Shown here piece after piece: positions 7,824 to 16,246 of a stretch of DNA of 64,000 nucleotides. Numbering within the stretch: the stretch's first letter is position 1; each line of letters begins with the position of its first letter. The notes under the pieces are model-generated. The model had not been told where the DNA came from. It ran no database searches and was given only the letters and a program-made list of their open reading frames with translations. Both the position numbers and the translations under genes were made by a program. Source of the stretch: Patescibacteria group bacterium (GTDB lineage Bacteria; Patescibacteriota; Patescibacteriia; PEXW01); contig JBAZBR010000003.1 of the NCBI GenBank assembly GCA_041671325.1, positions 132,506 through 196,505 of the forward strand, read 5' to 3'.

Positions 7824-7899
7824 GGGCCTCTAGCTCATTTGGTAGAGCGCTTCCATGGCATGGAAGAGGTGAGGAGTTCGAGCCTCCTGAGGTCCACCA
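7824..7899 (+). tRNA. tRNA-Ala (anticodon GGC), 76 nt including encoded CCA
   Basis: Acceptor GGGCCTC/GAGGTCC with G3:U70; D-arm GCTC-ATTTGGTA-GAGC; anticodon arm CTTCC-ATGGCAT-GGAAG; T-arm AGGAG-TTCGAGC-CTCCT; then A and CCA. Confidence 0.85.
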
Positions 7900-7974
7900 C
7901 GAATCATCACGAACTTCACCCTACATTTGCTCGCTTAGGCGAGCCTATTTCGGGTTACGTTCGTGTGCTTCTTA
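7894..7974 (+). repeat. Trailer element copy T-C, starting within the tRNA-Ala(GGC) 3' end (CCACCACGAATCATC...)
   Basis: Aligns with T-A and T-B part 1. Ends CTTACCCC immediately before hairpin H-C. Confidence 0.45.
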
Positions 7975-8014
7975 CCCCAAATATTAGTTCCTAATATTTG
8001 GGGACCCCATGAAG
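7975..8014. repeat. Mini-palindrome H-C: CCCCAAATATTAG-ttc-CTAATATTTGGGG + ACCCCATGAAG
   Basis: Perfect 13-bp arms. Confidence 0.6.
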
Positions 8015-8039
8015 TGGGGTTTCACAAACGTGCCGCTTA

Positions 8040-8078
8040 CCCCAATTTTTTGATAAAAAATTGGGAACCCCATAATAC
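8040..8078. repeat. Mini-palindrome H-D: CCCCAATTTTTT-gat-AAAAAATTGGG + AACCCCATAATAC
   Basis: Preceded by CAAACGTGCCGCTTACCCC, which repeats the end of T-A (CAAGCGTGCCACTTTCCCC). Confidence 0.6.
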
Positions 8079-8212
8079 ATCGGGTTCCGATTGTGTACCA
8101 CTTAACAGGGTTTATAAAAGTAAATAATCACGAAATCTCGCTTCCCCACACGCCAGTTTCGCCGCATGGGGTTCCCTGAATGAAAAAAATGCGTTAAGTA
8201 GACTGCAATGCT

Positions 8213-8746
8213 CTAATCGGCAGTGGAAATTTGGCTACCGAGGTCTTTTGTTAATGCCCACCAGAGCGAGGTTTTTGTTACGCGGGGCAATGAACCGGCC
8301 TCTGTGTTTGGGATGGAAAGGATATCGTTATAAAGGTTCGCCTCGATGAATTTTCCTTGCGTGAATATAGAAACCAAGGTCGGATAGTCGGGATTTGGAT
8401 GATAAAGTAAGCTAACTTCCCCATTTTTCTTAGTAACATCCCTAAGCATAAGAATTGGCCGGTAATCGCCTTCAGAAACTTGGAATGGGTCATCTTTTGG
8501 AGCGAGAGCTGTATAAGCGTAAAAGCGGAAAGTACTGGCAAATGTAGGGCTGAGATGGTAATAAAAGCCAACTAGAATGATCGCAAATCCAAAAAGCATA
8601 AAAAGGCCACCTATTGAAACTACGATACGTCTCCAAAGACTGGTATGTTTTTTAACAATCACCCGGATGGTAGCCACTACTACAATAAGCCAAATTGGCA
8701 GGAGGACAAGCATTGGTATGTAATTTGTTCCAAGGTGTGATTCCAT
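8213..8746 (-). CDS. hypothetical membrane protein (177 aa; two N-terminal TM helices)
   Basis: Hydrophobic stretches IPMLVLLPIWLIVVVATI and VVSIGGLFMLFGFAIILVGFYY. Confidence 0.5.
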   Translation of the reverse strand: MESHLGTNYIPMLVLLPIWLIVVVATIRVIVKKHTSLWRRIVVSIGGLFMLFGFAIILVGFYYHLSPTFASTFRFYAYTALAPKDDPFQVSEGDYRPILMLRDVTKKNGEVSLLYHPNPDYPTLVSIFTQGKFIEANLYNDILSIPNTEAGSLPRVTKTSLWWALTKDLGSQISTAD

Positions 8747-8771
8747 AAAGTTTTCATTAAAGGCTAAATGA

Positions 8772-9515
8772 CTATTTCGATTTTAAACTCGATTGCCAAA
8801 GTAAATTAAAAAAGCCTTCTATTACTTGCTTAAAATCCAGACTCTCAATCATCAATCCGTAATTTTCTTTTTTTGAAGAAATTATAATAACTTTATTATC
8901 ATAAATAATTAAGCCGATTGAAAAGTCAAAATCTTTAGGTGCATACTTTAATTCACGATAATATTGTTTACCATGTCCAGATGCCTTATATTCACGTTCT
9001 TTTGATTTGATTCGAATGGTTTTTATATATATTTTTCGTTTAATTCTCTCTTGGATAAAATTTTCGATTTCTTCCTTACCAATAGTTTCAAACATATCCG
9101 TTACCGGCCATAAATAGTAAATCATTTTTGATTGGCAATTTAAGCCGTCATACATAAGATCAATTAAACCTTGTCTACCCTCGTAAAATTTTACTTTTGG
9201 TTTTTGACTACCTCGATTAAATAATGCTTCTAACACGGGTAAGGAATTTTTTATCAATTTTGACTTTCGTTCCAGGTCCTCCAAGATAAGTAAAGGTTTC
9301 TCAGCGCTATAAAATAATTTATCTTCTTTTGGGGTTGTCGCCACTAAGCCTTTAGATTTTAATTCATCTAAAATACGATAAACAGTCGGACGTTTTAATT
9401 CTGATTTTTTTGATAATTCTAAAACCGTACATGTTCCTAATTCAAGGATAGCTAAATAGACCTTTGCTTCTTTTTCGTTTAAACCATACTGCTTTAGTAT
9501 TTGCTCCAAGGTCAT
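8772..9515 (-). CDS. TrmB-family transcriptional regulator (paralog 1)
   Basis: N-terminal winged HTH: LGLNEKEAKVYLAILELGTCTVLELSKKSELKRPTVYRILDELKSKGLV. Overall architecture is shared with the 10796 and 21672 genes. Confidence 0.7.
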   Translation of the reverse strand: MTLEQILKQYGLNEKEAKVYLAILELGTCTVLELSKKSELKRPTVYRILDELKSKGLVATTPKEDKLFYSAEKPLLILEDLERKSKLIKNSLPVLEALFNRGSQKPKVKFYEGRQGLIDLMYDGLNCQSKMIYYLWPVTDMFETIGKEEIENFIQERIKRKIYIKTIRIKSKEREYKASGHGKQYYRELKYAPKDFDFSIGLIIYDNKVIIISSKKENYGLMIESLDFKQVIEGFFNLLWQSSLKSK

Positions 9516-9546
9516 ATGTTCTTATATTATCAAACTGAGGATATTT

Positions 9547-9563
9547 TGTCCATAATTTGGACA
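9547..9563. promoter_or_regulatory. Palindrome TGTCCA-taatt-TGGACA, 32 nt upstream of the TrmB paralog 1 start; candidate (auto)operator
   Basis: Perfect 6-5-6 inverted repeat in the divergent intergenic region. Confidence 0.4.
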
Positions 9564-9630
9564 TCAAACAAGCTAATGATTAAAATACCCATTATTTTAT
9601 AGAGTTATTAGTAAAATAGTGTCCATAGTA

Positions 9631-9659
9631 TTGACAATCAGATATTGTTTTGTTAAATT
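9631..9659 (+). promoter_or_regulatory. sigma70-like promoter (TTGACA - 17 nt - TAAATT) for the 9706 gene
   Basis: Consensus -35 hexamer, 17-nt spacer, and an AT-rich -10 hexamer. Confidence 0.5.
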
Positions 9660-9705
9660 GTATCGTTGCTCTTTTCGTTCTTTAAAAACTAAAAAGGAGT
9701 GCTTT

Positions 9706-10041
9706 ATGCCATGGAAATGCATCAAAGAAAATCGAATTTATAGAATACACTGCGGCTTAACTAATGTTTACGTAAATTGGAACCGTGAGAATGGTGAATT
9801 TCATATTTTTGCTGGGGGTTATCAAGCATCACATTATTTGCCGCCACCAGGTAATACGGAAAAAATATTATCCGTTGATGAACCAGAGTTCTTCTATAAA
9901 CTATGGTCAAGGTTTAGGCTGGAAAAAGGATTACCCGATCACTTTTATGAGCTGCTTGATCATCTGTTTATCGCTTTGCATATCGAAGTAATTTATCTTA
10001 AAAGACCGGGTAAGTATTTCAAACTGGTTAATGATGATTAA
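9706..10041 (+). CDS. hypothetical protein (111 aa)
   Basis: Start chosen at the ATG preceded by AAAGGAG. The upstream in-frame extension overlaps the promoter. Confidence 0.45.
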   Translation: MPWKCIKENRIYRIHCGLTNVYVNWNRENGEFHIFAGGYQASHYLPPPGNTEKILSVDEPEFFYKLWSRFRLEKGLPDHFYELLDHLFIALHIEVIYLKRPGKYFKLVNDD

Positions 10042-10113
10042 ATAACTTAAATCATATCAGCTGTTTTGGGCTTCTTTAATGCTAATGAAGGATTTTAAGC
10101 TCGAGGAGATGAA

Positions 10114-10617
10114 ATGCTGACAATAGTTTTTTGCGTGTTAGGTTGCGCTATTTGGCTGATAAACCGTTATGGAGGCAAGCCGTTAAGCTTTGAAAAAGTC
10201 GTGCTTGGCTTCATTATGCTTTTTCTCAGCACGTGCCTGGGATTAATCTTGGCATTTTTGGTCGGTAGTTGCTTTAAGCAACAGATGGTTCAGGTGCAAG
10301 AAATTCCCTTGATTGCATTACGGGGCAGTGCACTGCCAAGCGGAAATTTTTTTCTTGGCACTGGCCAATTAGATGCCGAAATGTACTACTGGTTCTATCG
10401 TCGATTGCCGGAGGATGATAATTGCTTTCAGGTGGAAAAGCTAAAGGCTGATAACGAAGTAATTTATCTTTATGAAGAAGACAGGCCCGATGGTGTACTT
10501 CGCAAGTTCCAAAGTGATTTTGTGAACCATAGCCATCTATTTGGATTTCCAGCTATCAAGCTGCGTTTTGAATTTCATGTCCCACGTGGCAGTATCGCCA
10601 GGAACTTTGCGTTATAA
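10114..10617 (+). CDS. hypothetical membrane protein (167 aa, 2 TM helices)
   Basis: RBS GGAGAT before the ATG. TM segments IVFCVLGCAIWLI and LGFIMLFLSTCLGLILAFLVG. Confidence 0.5.
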   Translation: MLTIVFCVLGCAIWLINRYGGKPLSFEKVVLGFIMLFLSTCLGLILAFLVGSCFKQQMVQVQEIPLIALRGSALPSGNFFLGTGQLDAEMYYWFYRRLPEDDNCFQVEKLKADNEVIYLYEEDRPDGVLRKFQSDFVNHSHLFGFPAIKLRFEFHVPRGSIARNFAL

Positions 10618-10795
10618 AATTCTTATAACGGGTGGAGAATATCCACCCGTTTGGTAATTTTGTCGGGAGCAGAAATTATGGCGACGAAAATTCTTTTGAT
10701 TAGGAATTACAAAAAAACTGGCCAGAAGCCTTCAAGGCTTCGGGATACAAGCTAAAATAGTCCAAAATTAACCGGATGCATCAAGTGATCCGGTT

Positions 10796-11551
10796 TTATT
10801 TTAAAACTTTACTTATCCGCCATAGCATGTCAAAAAGCGCCTTCTGATTGTAAGCAAATTCTTCGGATTCAATAATCATCCCAAAATTTTCTTTTTTTGA
10901 GGAAATAATAGAAACAATATTGTCGTACAAATACATAGTCATTGAAAATTTGAAATCTTTAGGCGTTAAGCGGACTTCACGCTTATCTTTAATACTGCTT
11001 GCCCACTTATATTTTTTAACTGTTTTTATTACCTCCTTGCTTTCCGGCCTTAAAGATAATAAGTTGTAACCTTTTTTGATCCGATCTTGAGTAAGTTTTT
11101 CAAAAAATTCCTCTCCGACTAAATCTAAAATATCCTTTAAAGGTAATATGCTTCTTAAAGTTTTTTCTTGGGCTTCCAAAGTTTTTTCCAAAACAGTTTT
11201 GACTCCAGTTGCACCTTCGTAATATTCCATGCGAGGCTTGACGCCGGGGACATAGAACATTGATTTCAGCTGGGGCAATAAGGCGTCAAGCTCCGCTTCT
11301 TTTTGCCGAATAGAATTTTTCAACGTACTCGGGTCTTCGGCGACAAACAACCTTTTTTTGCCCTTGATGGTCTGGGTAACCAATTGCTTATTAATCAAAT
11401 TCTGAAGAAGGTCATAGACTGAAGTTCTTTTGATTTGGGTAATATCCGCAATTTTTTGGACAGAGGATTGGCCGAGCTCCAAGCAGGCGAGATACACCTC
11501 AGCTTGTTTTTGGTTTAGCCCGAAATTTTCTAGTTTTTTTGATATTTCCAT
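10796..11551 (-). CDS. TrmB-family transcriptional regulator (paralog 2)
   Basis: LGLNQKQAEVYLACLELGQSSVQKIADITQIKRTSVYDLLQNLINKQLV. Confidence 0.7.
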   Translation of the reverse strand: MEISKKLENFGLNQKQAEVYLACLELGQSSVQKIADITQIKRTSVYDLLQNLINKQLVTQTIKGKKRLFVAEDPSTLKNSIRQKEAELDALLPQLKSMFYVPGVKPRMEYYEGATGVKTVLEKTLEAQEKTLRSILPLKDILDLVGEEFFEKLTQDRIKKGYNLLSLRPESKEVIKTVKKYKWASSIKDKREVRLTPKDFKFSMTMYLYDNIVSIISSKKENFGMIIESEEFAYNQKALFDMLWRISKVLK

Positions 11552-11712
11552 AAATGTCGACTAATTCCGACAACAATTTAAGTATAACGCATATATAGAA
11601 TATGTCAATAGTTATGCACATAATAATCAAACAATTTGAGATAAATAACGAAATTAGATGTTGATAAATTGGTAAAATAACCATTAAATACTGTCTTTTT
11701 GTCGGAAGCTCT

Positions 11713-11740
11713 TGACAAATTTTTCAAACGGATATATACT
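11713..11740 (+). promoter_or_regulatory. sigma70-like promoter (TTGACA - 16 nt - TATACT)
   Basis: Near-consensus hexamers upstream of the 11780 gene. Confidence 0.55.
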
Positions 11741-11779
11741 GGTTTGTTAACAATAAACACAAAAAAAGCGAGGTTTGAA

Positions 11780-12337
11780 ATGAAGTGCTTTGAAATCAGC
11801 AATGACAAAGGCCAAGAGGGGTTTCGAATTGAAAAGTGCGCGTATTCCAACGGTAACAAGTATGACGCCATAGCTGTCGGCGAATTAAAAATACCGGCTT
11901 TTGGTTGGCGAAACGACGAAAACCGACTGTTGGATGCGGAGCTTTGCTTCCAGCCAGCTGGCGTGAGAAGCAATGTCCCGGGTTTAGGCCGAGTTGAATT
12001 TCGGAAGCCGGAATTGACTGGTGTTGAGTCCGCCATCGTCAAATGGGAGCTGTCCGGCAGGGATTTGTACGAAATCACCACGGACGGGACAGTTGTCGCC
12101 ATTGAATACGAAGACAGGGTTGTCGACGGCGACGGCAGCGTGCATCTCAAGAATCCTACCCTTTTGGTGATTCTGAATCCCGGCCAAGGAATTTTTGCCC
12201 ACACCAGCAAGATAGCCAAATGTATCAGTGTTTTTTACGAATCAGCGTTCAAGCTCCCTATAGCTCAGTGGGACACTGATCAGTGGGGCATCAGGAATCC
12301 TCACACGGGAGTAGAAATGATTGAAGGGAGATCCTAA
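11780..12337 (+). CDS. hypothetical protein (185 aa), GC-rich relative to neighbours; monocistronic unit bounded by a promoter and a strong terminator
   Basis: GAGG RBS lies 7 nt before the ATG. The antisense 204-aa ORF on the minus strand is S/P-rich and artefactual. Confidence 0.55.
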   Translation: MKCFEISNDKGQEGFRIEKCAYSNGNKYDAIAVGELKIPAFGWRNDENRLLDAELCFQPAGVRSNVPGLGRVEFRKPELTGVESAIVKWELSGRDLYEITTDGTVVAIEYEDRVVDGDGSVHLKNPTLLVILNPGQGIFAHTSKIAKCISVFYESAFKLPIAQWDTDQWGIRNPHTGVEMIEGRS

Positions 12338-12391
12338 ATCATGCAAAAGGATTTTCCACTTCCGTCTCCTTGTTTTAAAAATGCTCACATT

Positions 12392-12428
12392 GGGAGCCGG
12401 CGACTGCCAAGCCGGCTCCCTTTTCTAT
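12392..12428 (+). terminator. Rho-independent terminator (GGGAGCCGGC-loop-GCCGGCTCCC + TTTTCT)
   Basis: Perfect 10-bp GC stem followed by a T tract. Confidence 0.75.
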
Positions 12429-12499
12429 TCCATTTAATAATTTAGTTGTTGGCTGAAATAGAAAAATGAACTTTAACAATTGAATTAAGGAGGTAAAAA

Positions 12500-13102
12500 A
12501 TGAATGATCAATCCGAATCCGCGGTTATTCTGATTGGTTTTGTCTGCAATACCAGTACGAACTGGGTTCGTGAGTCTTTGGCGGGACTAAATTTGATTTT
12601 TCTTTTTGTTAGTTCTTCGGTAACAAGTTATGAAGAAAATGTTTTACGATTGATACTTAAGAACCAAGTCAAAACTGTTCTGATAAGGATTAGTGGCGAT
12701 GAAAACGGTTCTGAGATATTGGGTCTATTCAAACTGATTAGCGCAATCAAACTTTATTGTTCTGAAATCAAGGTGCTGACCATAAAACATGGTTTTGTTG
12801 AATTTAACAAACCAAAAAGTCGTCAGGCAGATGTAGACGGCAATATTGAATTATTCACGGAAGGTAATATCTTGCGCGGTTTTGTTGAGAGGCAAATTAG
12901 CCAAGATTCCGCTAAAGCAGTCTTGTCTGATGAGCAAATCACTAAAATACAAAATCGTCTTGCTGTACTTGAAAAAGCAAAAACAAAGTGGCAAACGATT
13001 GATAAGTATTTCGCAGTGGTCGGTAGTGTGTTAGATATGATTTGGTATGGTTTTTGGATTTTGCTCGTATTTGGCCTTATTTTTATTATATTCACTAGTT
13101 GA
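12500..13102 (+). CDS. hypothetical protein with C-terminal TM anchor (200 aa)
   Basis: RBS AAGGAGG. C-terminal segment MIWYGFWILLVFGLIFIIF. Confidence 0.55.
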   Translation: MNDQSESAVILIGFVCNTSTNWVRESLAGLNLIFLFVSSSVTSYEENVLRLILKNQVKTVLIRISGDENGSEILGLFKLISAIKLYCSEIKVLTIKHGFVEFNKPKSRQADVDGNIELFTEGNILRGFVERQISQDSAKAVLSDEQITKIQNRLAVLEKAKTKWQTIDKYFAVVGSVLDMIWYGFWILLVFGLIFIIFTS

Positions 13103-13344
13103 AGACAAATCATAAATCCGTTTTAACTAACAAGTTAAGGCGGGTTTTTTATTGACAAAAAATAATAATTTTGATAACAATAAAGCATGTTCAAACATTC
13201 TAAAAATTTATTGAATCGTCGCAACGGTCTTTTATTGAGGCCGTTTAATGGTGTTTGAATATTTTTTAAGTAATTTATTAAAACTCTCCAAGCGGCCTAA
13301 ATAGCCGTTTTTTGTTCTTTTCAAACTTCAACAAAGGAGAGTTT

Positions 13345-14013
13345 ATGAACTCGCTAGTCATTAGAAACGCTTCACTTCAAAATTTGGAGCAATTACGCCA
13401 AATAGAAGAGAAGGCCTGGTCAACCCCAGGAGAAAACGTCTGTGCAAATCCTGAAAAGATTAAGCAAAGAATCCTTACTTACCCAATCGGGACAAGTGTT
13501 GCTTTTTGTGAAAAACAGCCAATCGGCAGCCAATACGCGTTTAAAATGCAGTGGGATGGGAATATTGAAAGTCTAAAAAGCTGGGATTTTCACACCAAAG
13601 AAGGCTGGATCAATCAGGCTCATGACCCAAGCGGGGGCACAGGCTTTTTAGTGGGCGTGGGTGTTGTCCCAGAATTTAGAGGCATACGCTTTGAACAAGG
13701 GATTATTGATAATCAGAAAAAGTACAAGGCTTCGCAAATGCTTATTGCTTTTACATTAAAAAACCTTTTTGCTGATCAGGTGAGGCGGGTTATTGGTTGC
13801 GCCAGGGTTCCTTTCTACCATCAAAAATCCCAGCTTTCAATCGGCGATTATTGCGCATTAAGATTACCTGATGGCAGGCTTTTTGATCCCGTCTTGAGAT
13901 TTCATGAATTTATGGGCGCGCAAATCGTCAAACCCATTAAGTATGCTATGGAAGACCAGGAAAGTCTGAATGCTGGTTGCTGGGTGGTTTATAAATATCC
14001 TTTTAAGGGTTAA
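13345..14013 (+). CDS. GNAT-fold acyltransferase-like protein (N-acyltransferase family), tentative
   Basis: GTGFLVGVGVVPEFRGIRFEQGII resembles the GNAT motif A (acetyl-CoA-binding) region. RBS AAAGGAGA. Confidence 0.45.
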   Translation: MNSLVIRNASLQNLEQLRQIEEKAWSTPGENVCANPEKIKQRILTYPIGTSVAFCEKQPIGSQYAFKMQWDGNIESLKSWDFHTKEGWINQAHDPSGGTGFLVGVGVVPEFRGIRFEQGIIDNQKKYKASQMLIAFTLKNLFADQVRRVIGCARVPFYHQKSQLSIGDYCALRLPDGRLFDPVLRFHEFMGAQIVKPIKYAMEDQESLNAGCWVVYKYPFKG

Positions 14014-14017
14014 AATA

Positions 14018-14038
14018 GGAGGGCAGGCATACTGCCCT
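14018..14038 (+). terminator. Hairpin GAGGGCAG-gcata-CTGCCCTC followed by an A/T-rich tract
   Basis: Perfect 8-bp stem between the GNAT and MBL genes. Confidence 0.4.
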
Positions 14039-14050
14039 CCTCAAAATTTT

Positions 14051-14725
14051 ATGAAAAACGAATTTAGTTTAAAGAAATTAATAAATAATTATTATTTAAT
14101 TACGGATAACCAACCAGAAGCCTCAAATATTTTTGTTTACCTTAATAAAGGGCAGGCTCTGGTAATTGATAGTGGTGTCAGTAAAAAAAATTTAAAACAA
14201 TTTATCAGCAGTAAATTCAAAATTAAAAAAATTAAAATTACATTGACGCATGTACACTTTGATCATATTGGCGGCTTAAAATATTTCAAACCCTCAGAGG
14301 TGTTTTTGCCAAAACAAATAAAGAATAACCTAAAAAATAAAAAGAATTGGGCTTTGGAATATATTACCGATAAAGAAACGCAAAAATTATTTAAAAATCT
14401 AAGTTTAAATAGTATACTTTACCAAAATTCAGAAGGTAATTTAAAAATATTCAAAATAATAAATGCATTGGGCCATACAAATGAATCGGTAATGTTTTTT
14501 GATAAGCAGAATAAGGTTTTAATTACGGGAGACAGTTTATATTCAGGCAAACCTTATTGCTTTTTTTATAATTCCTCCAAAACTAACTTTATAAAAACTT
14601 TGAACAAGATCAAGAACCTGAAATTTAATTATATTTTGCCCGGCCATGGCAAAATCCTAAATAGAAAAGCCGCCCTAAGCACGATTGATAATTGGATAAA
14701 GGCATTAAAAGCAAAAAAGCTATAG
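14051..14725 (+). CDS. MBL-fold metallo-hydrolase (metallo-beta-lactamase superfamily)
   Basis: THVHFDHIGG (the HxHxDH zinc-binding motif) and downstream ...GHT....GD... Extremely AT-rich. Confidence 0.7.
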   Translation: MKNEFSLKKLINNYYLITDNQPEASNIFVYLNKGQALVIDSGVSKKNLKQFISSKFKIKKIKITLTHVHFDHIGGLKYFKPSEVFLPKQIKNNLKNKKNWALEYITDKETQKLFKNLSLNSILYQNSEGNLKIFKIINALGHTNESVMFFDKQNKVLITGDSLYSGKPYCFFYNSSKTNFIKTLNKIKNLKFNYILPGHGKILNRKAALSTIDNWIKALKAKKL

Positions 14726-14924
14726 AATTGGCTTTTGTGATCCAAAATGCCAATCTGGCGTTCCTTATCGCCTTAAAAGCATAATTTTAAGAAAGATTTT
14801 AACTGTCCTGGCCGACTGATTATAACGCTATTCCTAAGGAAAATTCGACCTTTTTAATCATCCATTGAAATTTGTTTTTACTTCAACTATCATAGATTCA
14901 CTAAAGCTTTAATTTTTTTCATCT

Positions 14925-15251
14925 ATGCCAGAAATCCAATTCACTGACCAGAATTTCAAGAAAGAAGTCTTGGATGAAAAAACCAAGCCGGTTTTGGTGG
15001 ATTTTTGGGCAACTTGGTGCGGGCCGTGCAAGGTCCAAGGGCCGATCATTGAAGAGGTCGCCAAGATAATCGGCGATAAAGCCAAAGTGGGCAAATTGGA
15101 AGTAGATGAAAACCCGCAGACCGCCCAGGAAAACGGAATAATGAGCATCCCAACCTTAATAATTTTTAAGGCCGGCAAGCCAGTTTGGCGGATATCCGCG
15201 GTTCAGTCAAAGGAGGCTATAACGAAAGAACTAGAAGCTCATTTGAAATAA
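14925..15251 (+). CDS. trxA: Thioredoxin
   Basis: WCGPC active site in VLVDFWATWCGPCKVQGPIIEEVA; 108 aa. Confidence 0.9.
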   Translation: MPEIQFTDQNFKKEVLDEKTKPVLVDFWATWCGPCKVQGPIIEEVAKIIGDKAKVGKLEVDENPQTAQENGIMSIPTLIIFKAGKPVWRISAVQSKEAITKELEAHLK

Positions 15252-15252
15252 T

Positions 15253-16224
15253 ATGCTAAACAAAAAAATTGAACAATTTGATGTAATAATTGTCGGTGGC
15301 GGCGCTTCAGGCTTGGTAGCCGGGCTTTTTACCAGCCGCCGGCTTTTAAAAACCTTAATTATTTCCCAAGACGTTGGCGGCCAAGCCGCCACGACGCCTG
15401 AAATCGAGAATTACCCTGGCTATGATAAGGTTGATGGTTTGGATTTGATGAAAAATTTTAAAAGCCAGGCAGAAAAGTTTGGCGCGGATTTCAGATTGGA
15501 AACCGTGAACAGCATTGATGCCTTGCCAGAAAACCGTTACCGCGTAAACACCAATACTTTTTTCGCTGAAGCTGACATGGTGATTCTGGCTTTTGGATTA
15601 TCACACAGGCACTTGAATATCCCGGGCGAAGAAACGCACGTGGGTAAGGGTGTTTTTTATTGCGCCATTTGCGATCCCAAATATTATGAAAAGAAAAAAG
15701 TCGTGGTGGTGGGCGGCGGTTCGTCCGCAGTCCAAGCTGCACTTTCCATCAGCGAATTGGCCAAACAAGTAATTATCGTGAATGTCACGGCGGCTTTGTC
15801 AGCAGAAACAGTTTTAGTGGAACGTTTGAAAGAAAAGAATAATGTTCAGGTCATCAATAACGTTTCAGCCAAAGAAATTCAAGGCAAAGATTGGTTGGAT
15901 CAAATTATTGTCACCCATTCTGATACTAAAAAAGATGAAACCATTGCCTGTGATTGTGTTTTTGTGGAAATTGGTTACATGGCTAAAGCTGAATGGGTCA
16001 AACATTTAGTAGTAACTGATCAGCGGAACCAAATAATCATTTCCCCAAATTGCGAGACTAATCGGCCAGGCATTTTTGCGGCCGGCGACATTACCACCAT
16101 CGCCTTCAAACAAGTAATAATTTCGGCGGGCGAAGGTGCCAAAGCCGCTTTACAGGCTTTTCAATATCACTTAGCCAAAGAAGGCAAGCGCGCAGGCAAT
16201 ATTGATTGGGGAAAGAAAAAATAA
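15253..16224 (+). CDS. trxB: Thioredoxin-disulfide reductase-like FAD/NAD(P)-dependent oxidoreductase
   Basis: FAD motif VIIVGGGASGL, redox-active CAICD, second Rossmann motif VVVVGGGSSAV. It lies immediately after trxA. Confidence 0.8.
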   Translation: MLNKKIEQFDVIIVGGGASGLVAGLFTSRRLLKTLIISQDVGGQAATTPEIENYPGYDKVDGLDLMKNFKSQAEKFGADFRLETVNSIDALPENRYRVNTNTFFAEADMVILAFGLSHRHLNIPGEETHVGKGVFYCAICDPKYYEKKKVVVVGGGSSAVQAALSISELAKQVIIVNVTAALSAETVLVERLKEKNNVQVINNVSAKEIQGKDWLDQIIVTHSDTKKDETIACDCVFVEIGYMAKAEWVKHLVVTDQRNQIIISPNCETNRPGIFAAGDITTIAFKQVIISAGEGAKAALQAFQYHLAKEGKRAGNIDWGKKK

Positions 16225-16246
16225 TTTGTTAATGTAGTAATAGATC

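Noticed and set aside
6530-8200. tmRNA / RNase P RNA / SRP RNA in the gene-free GC-rich tract
   Set aside because: By eye I could not find the conserved cores: GGAAAGUCCGG (RNase P P4), the SRP domain IV AGGAAGCAGCC, or a tRNA-like T-arm + ACCA with an ANDENYALAA-type tag reading frame. Left as an unclassified repeat/RNA tract. A covariance-model scan would be decisive.
11605-12219. 204-aa minus-strand ORF overlapping the 11780 gene
   Set aside because: S/P/T-rich low-complexity translation, no RBS. The + strand ORF has a consensus promoter, an RBS and a terminator.
14909-15178. 89-aa minus-strand ORF inside trxA
   Set aside because: Antisense to a textbook thioredoxin (WCGPC).
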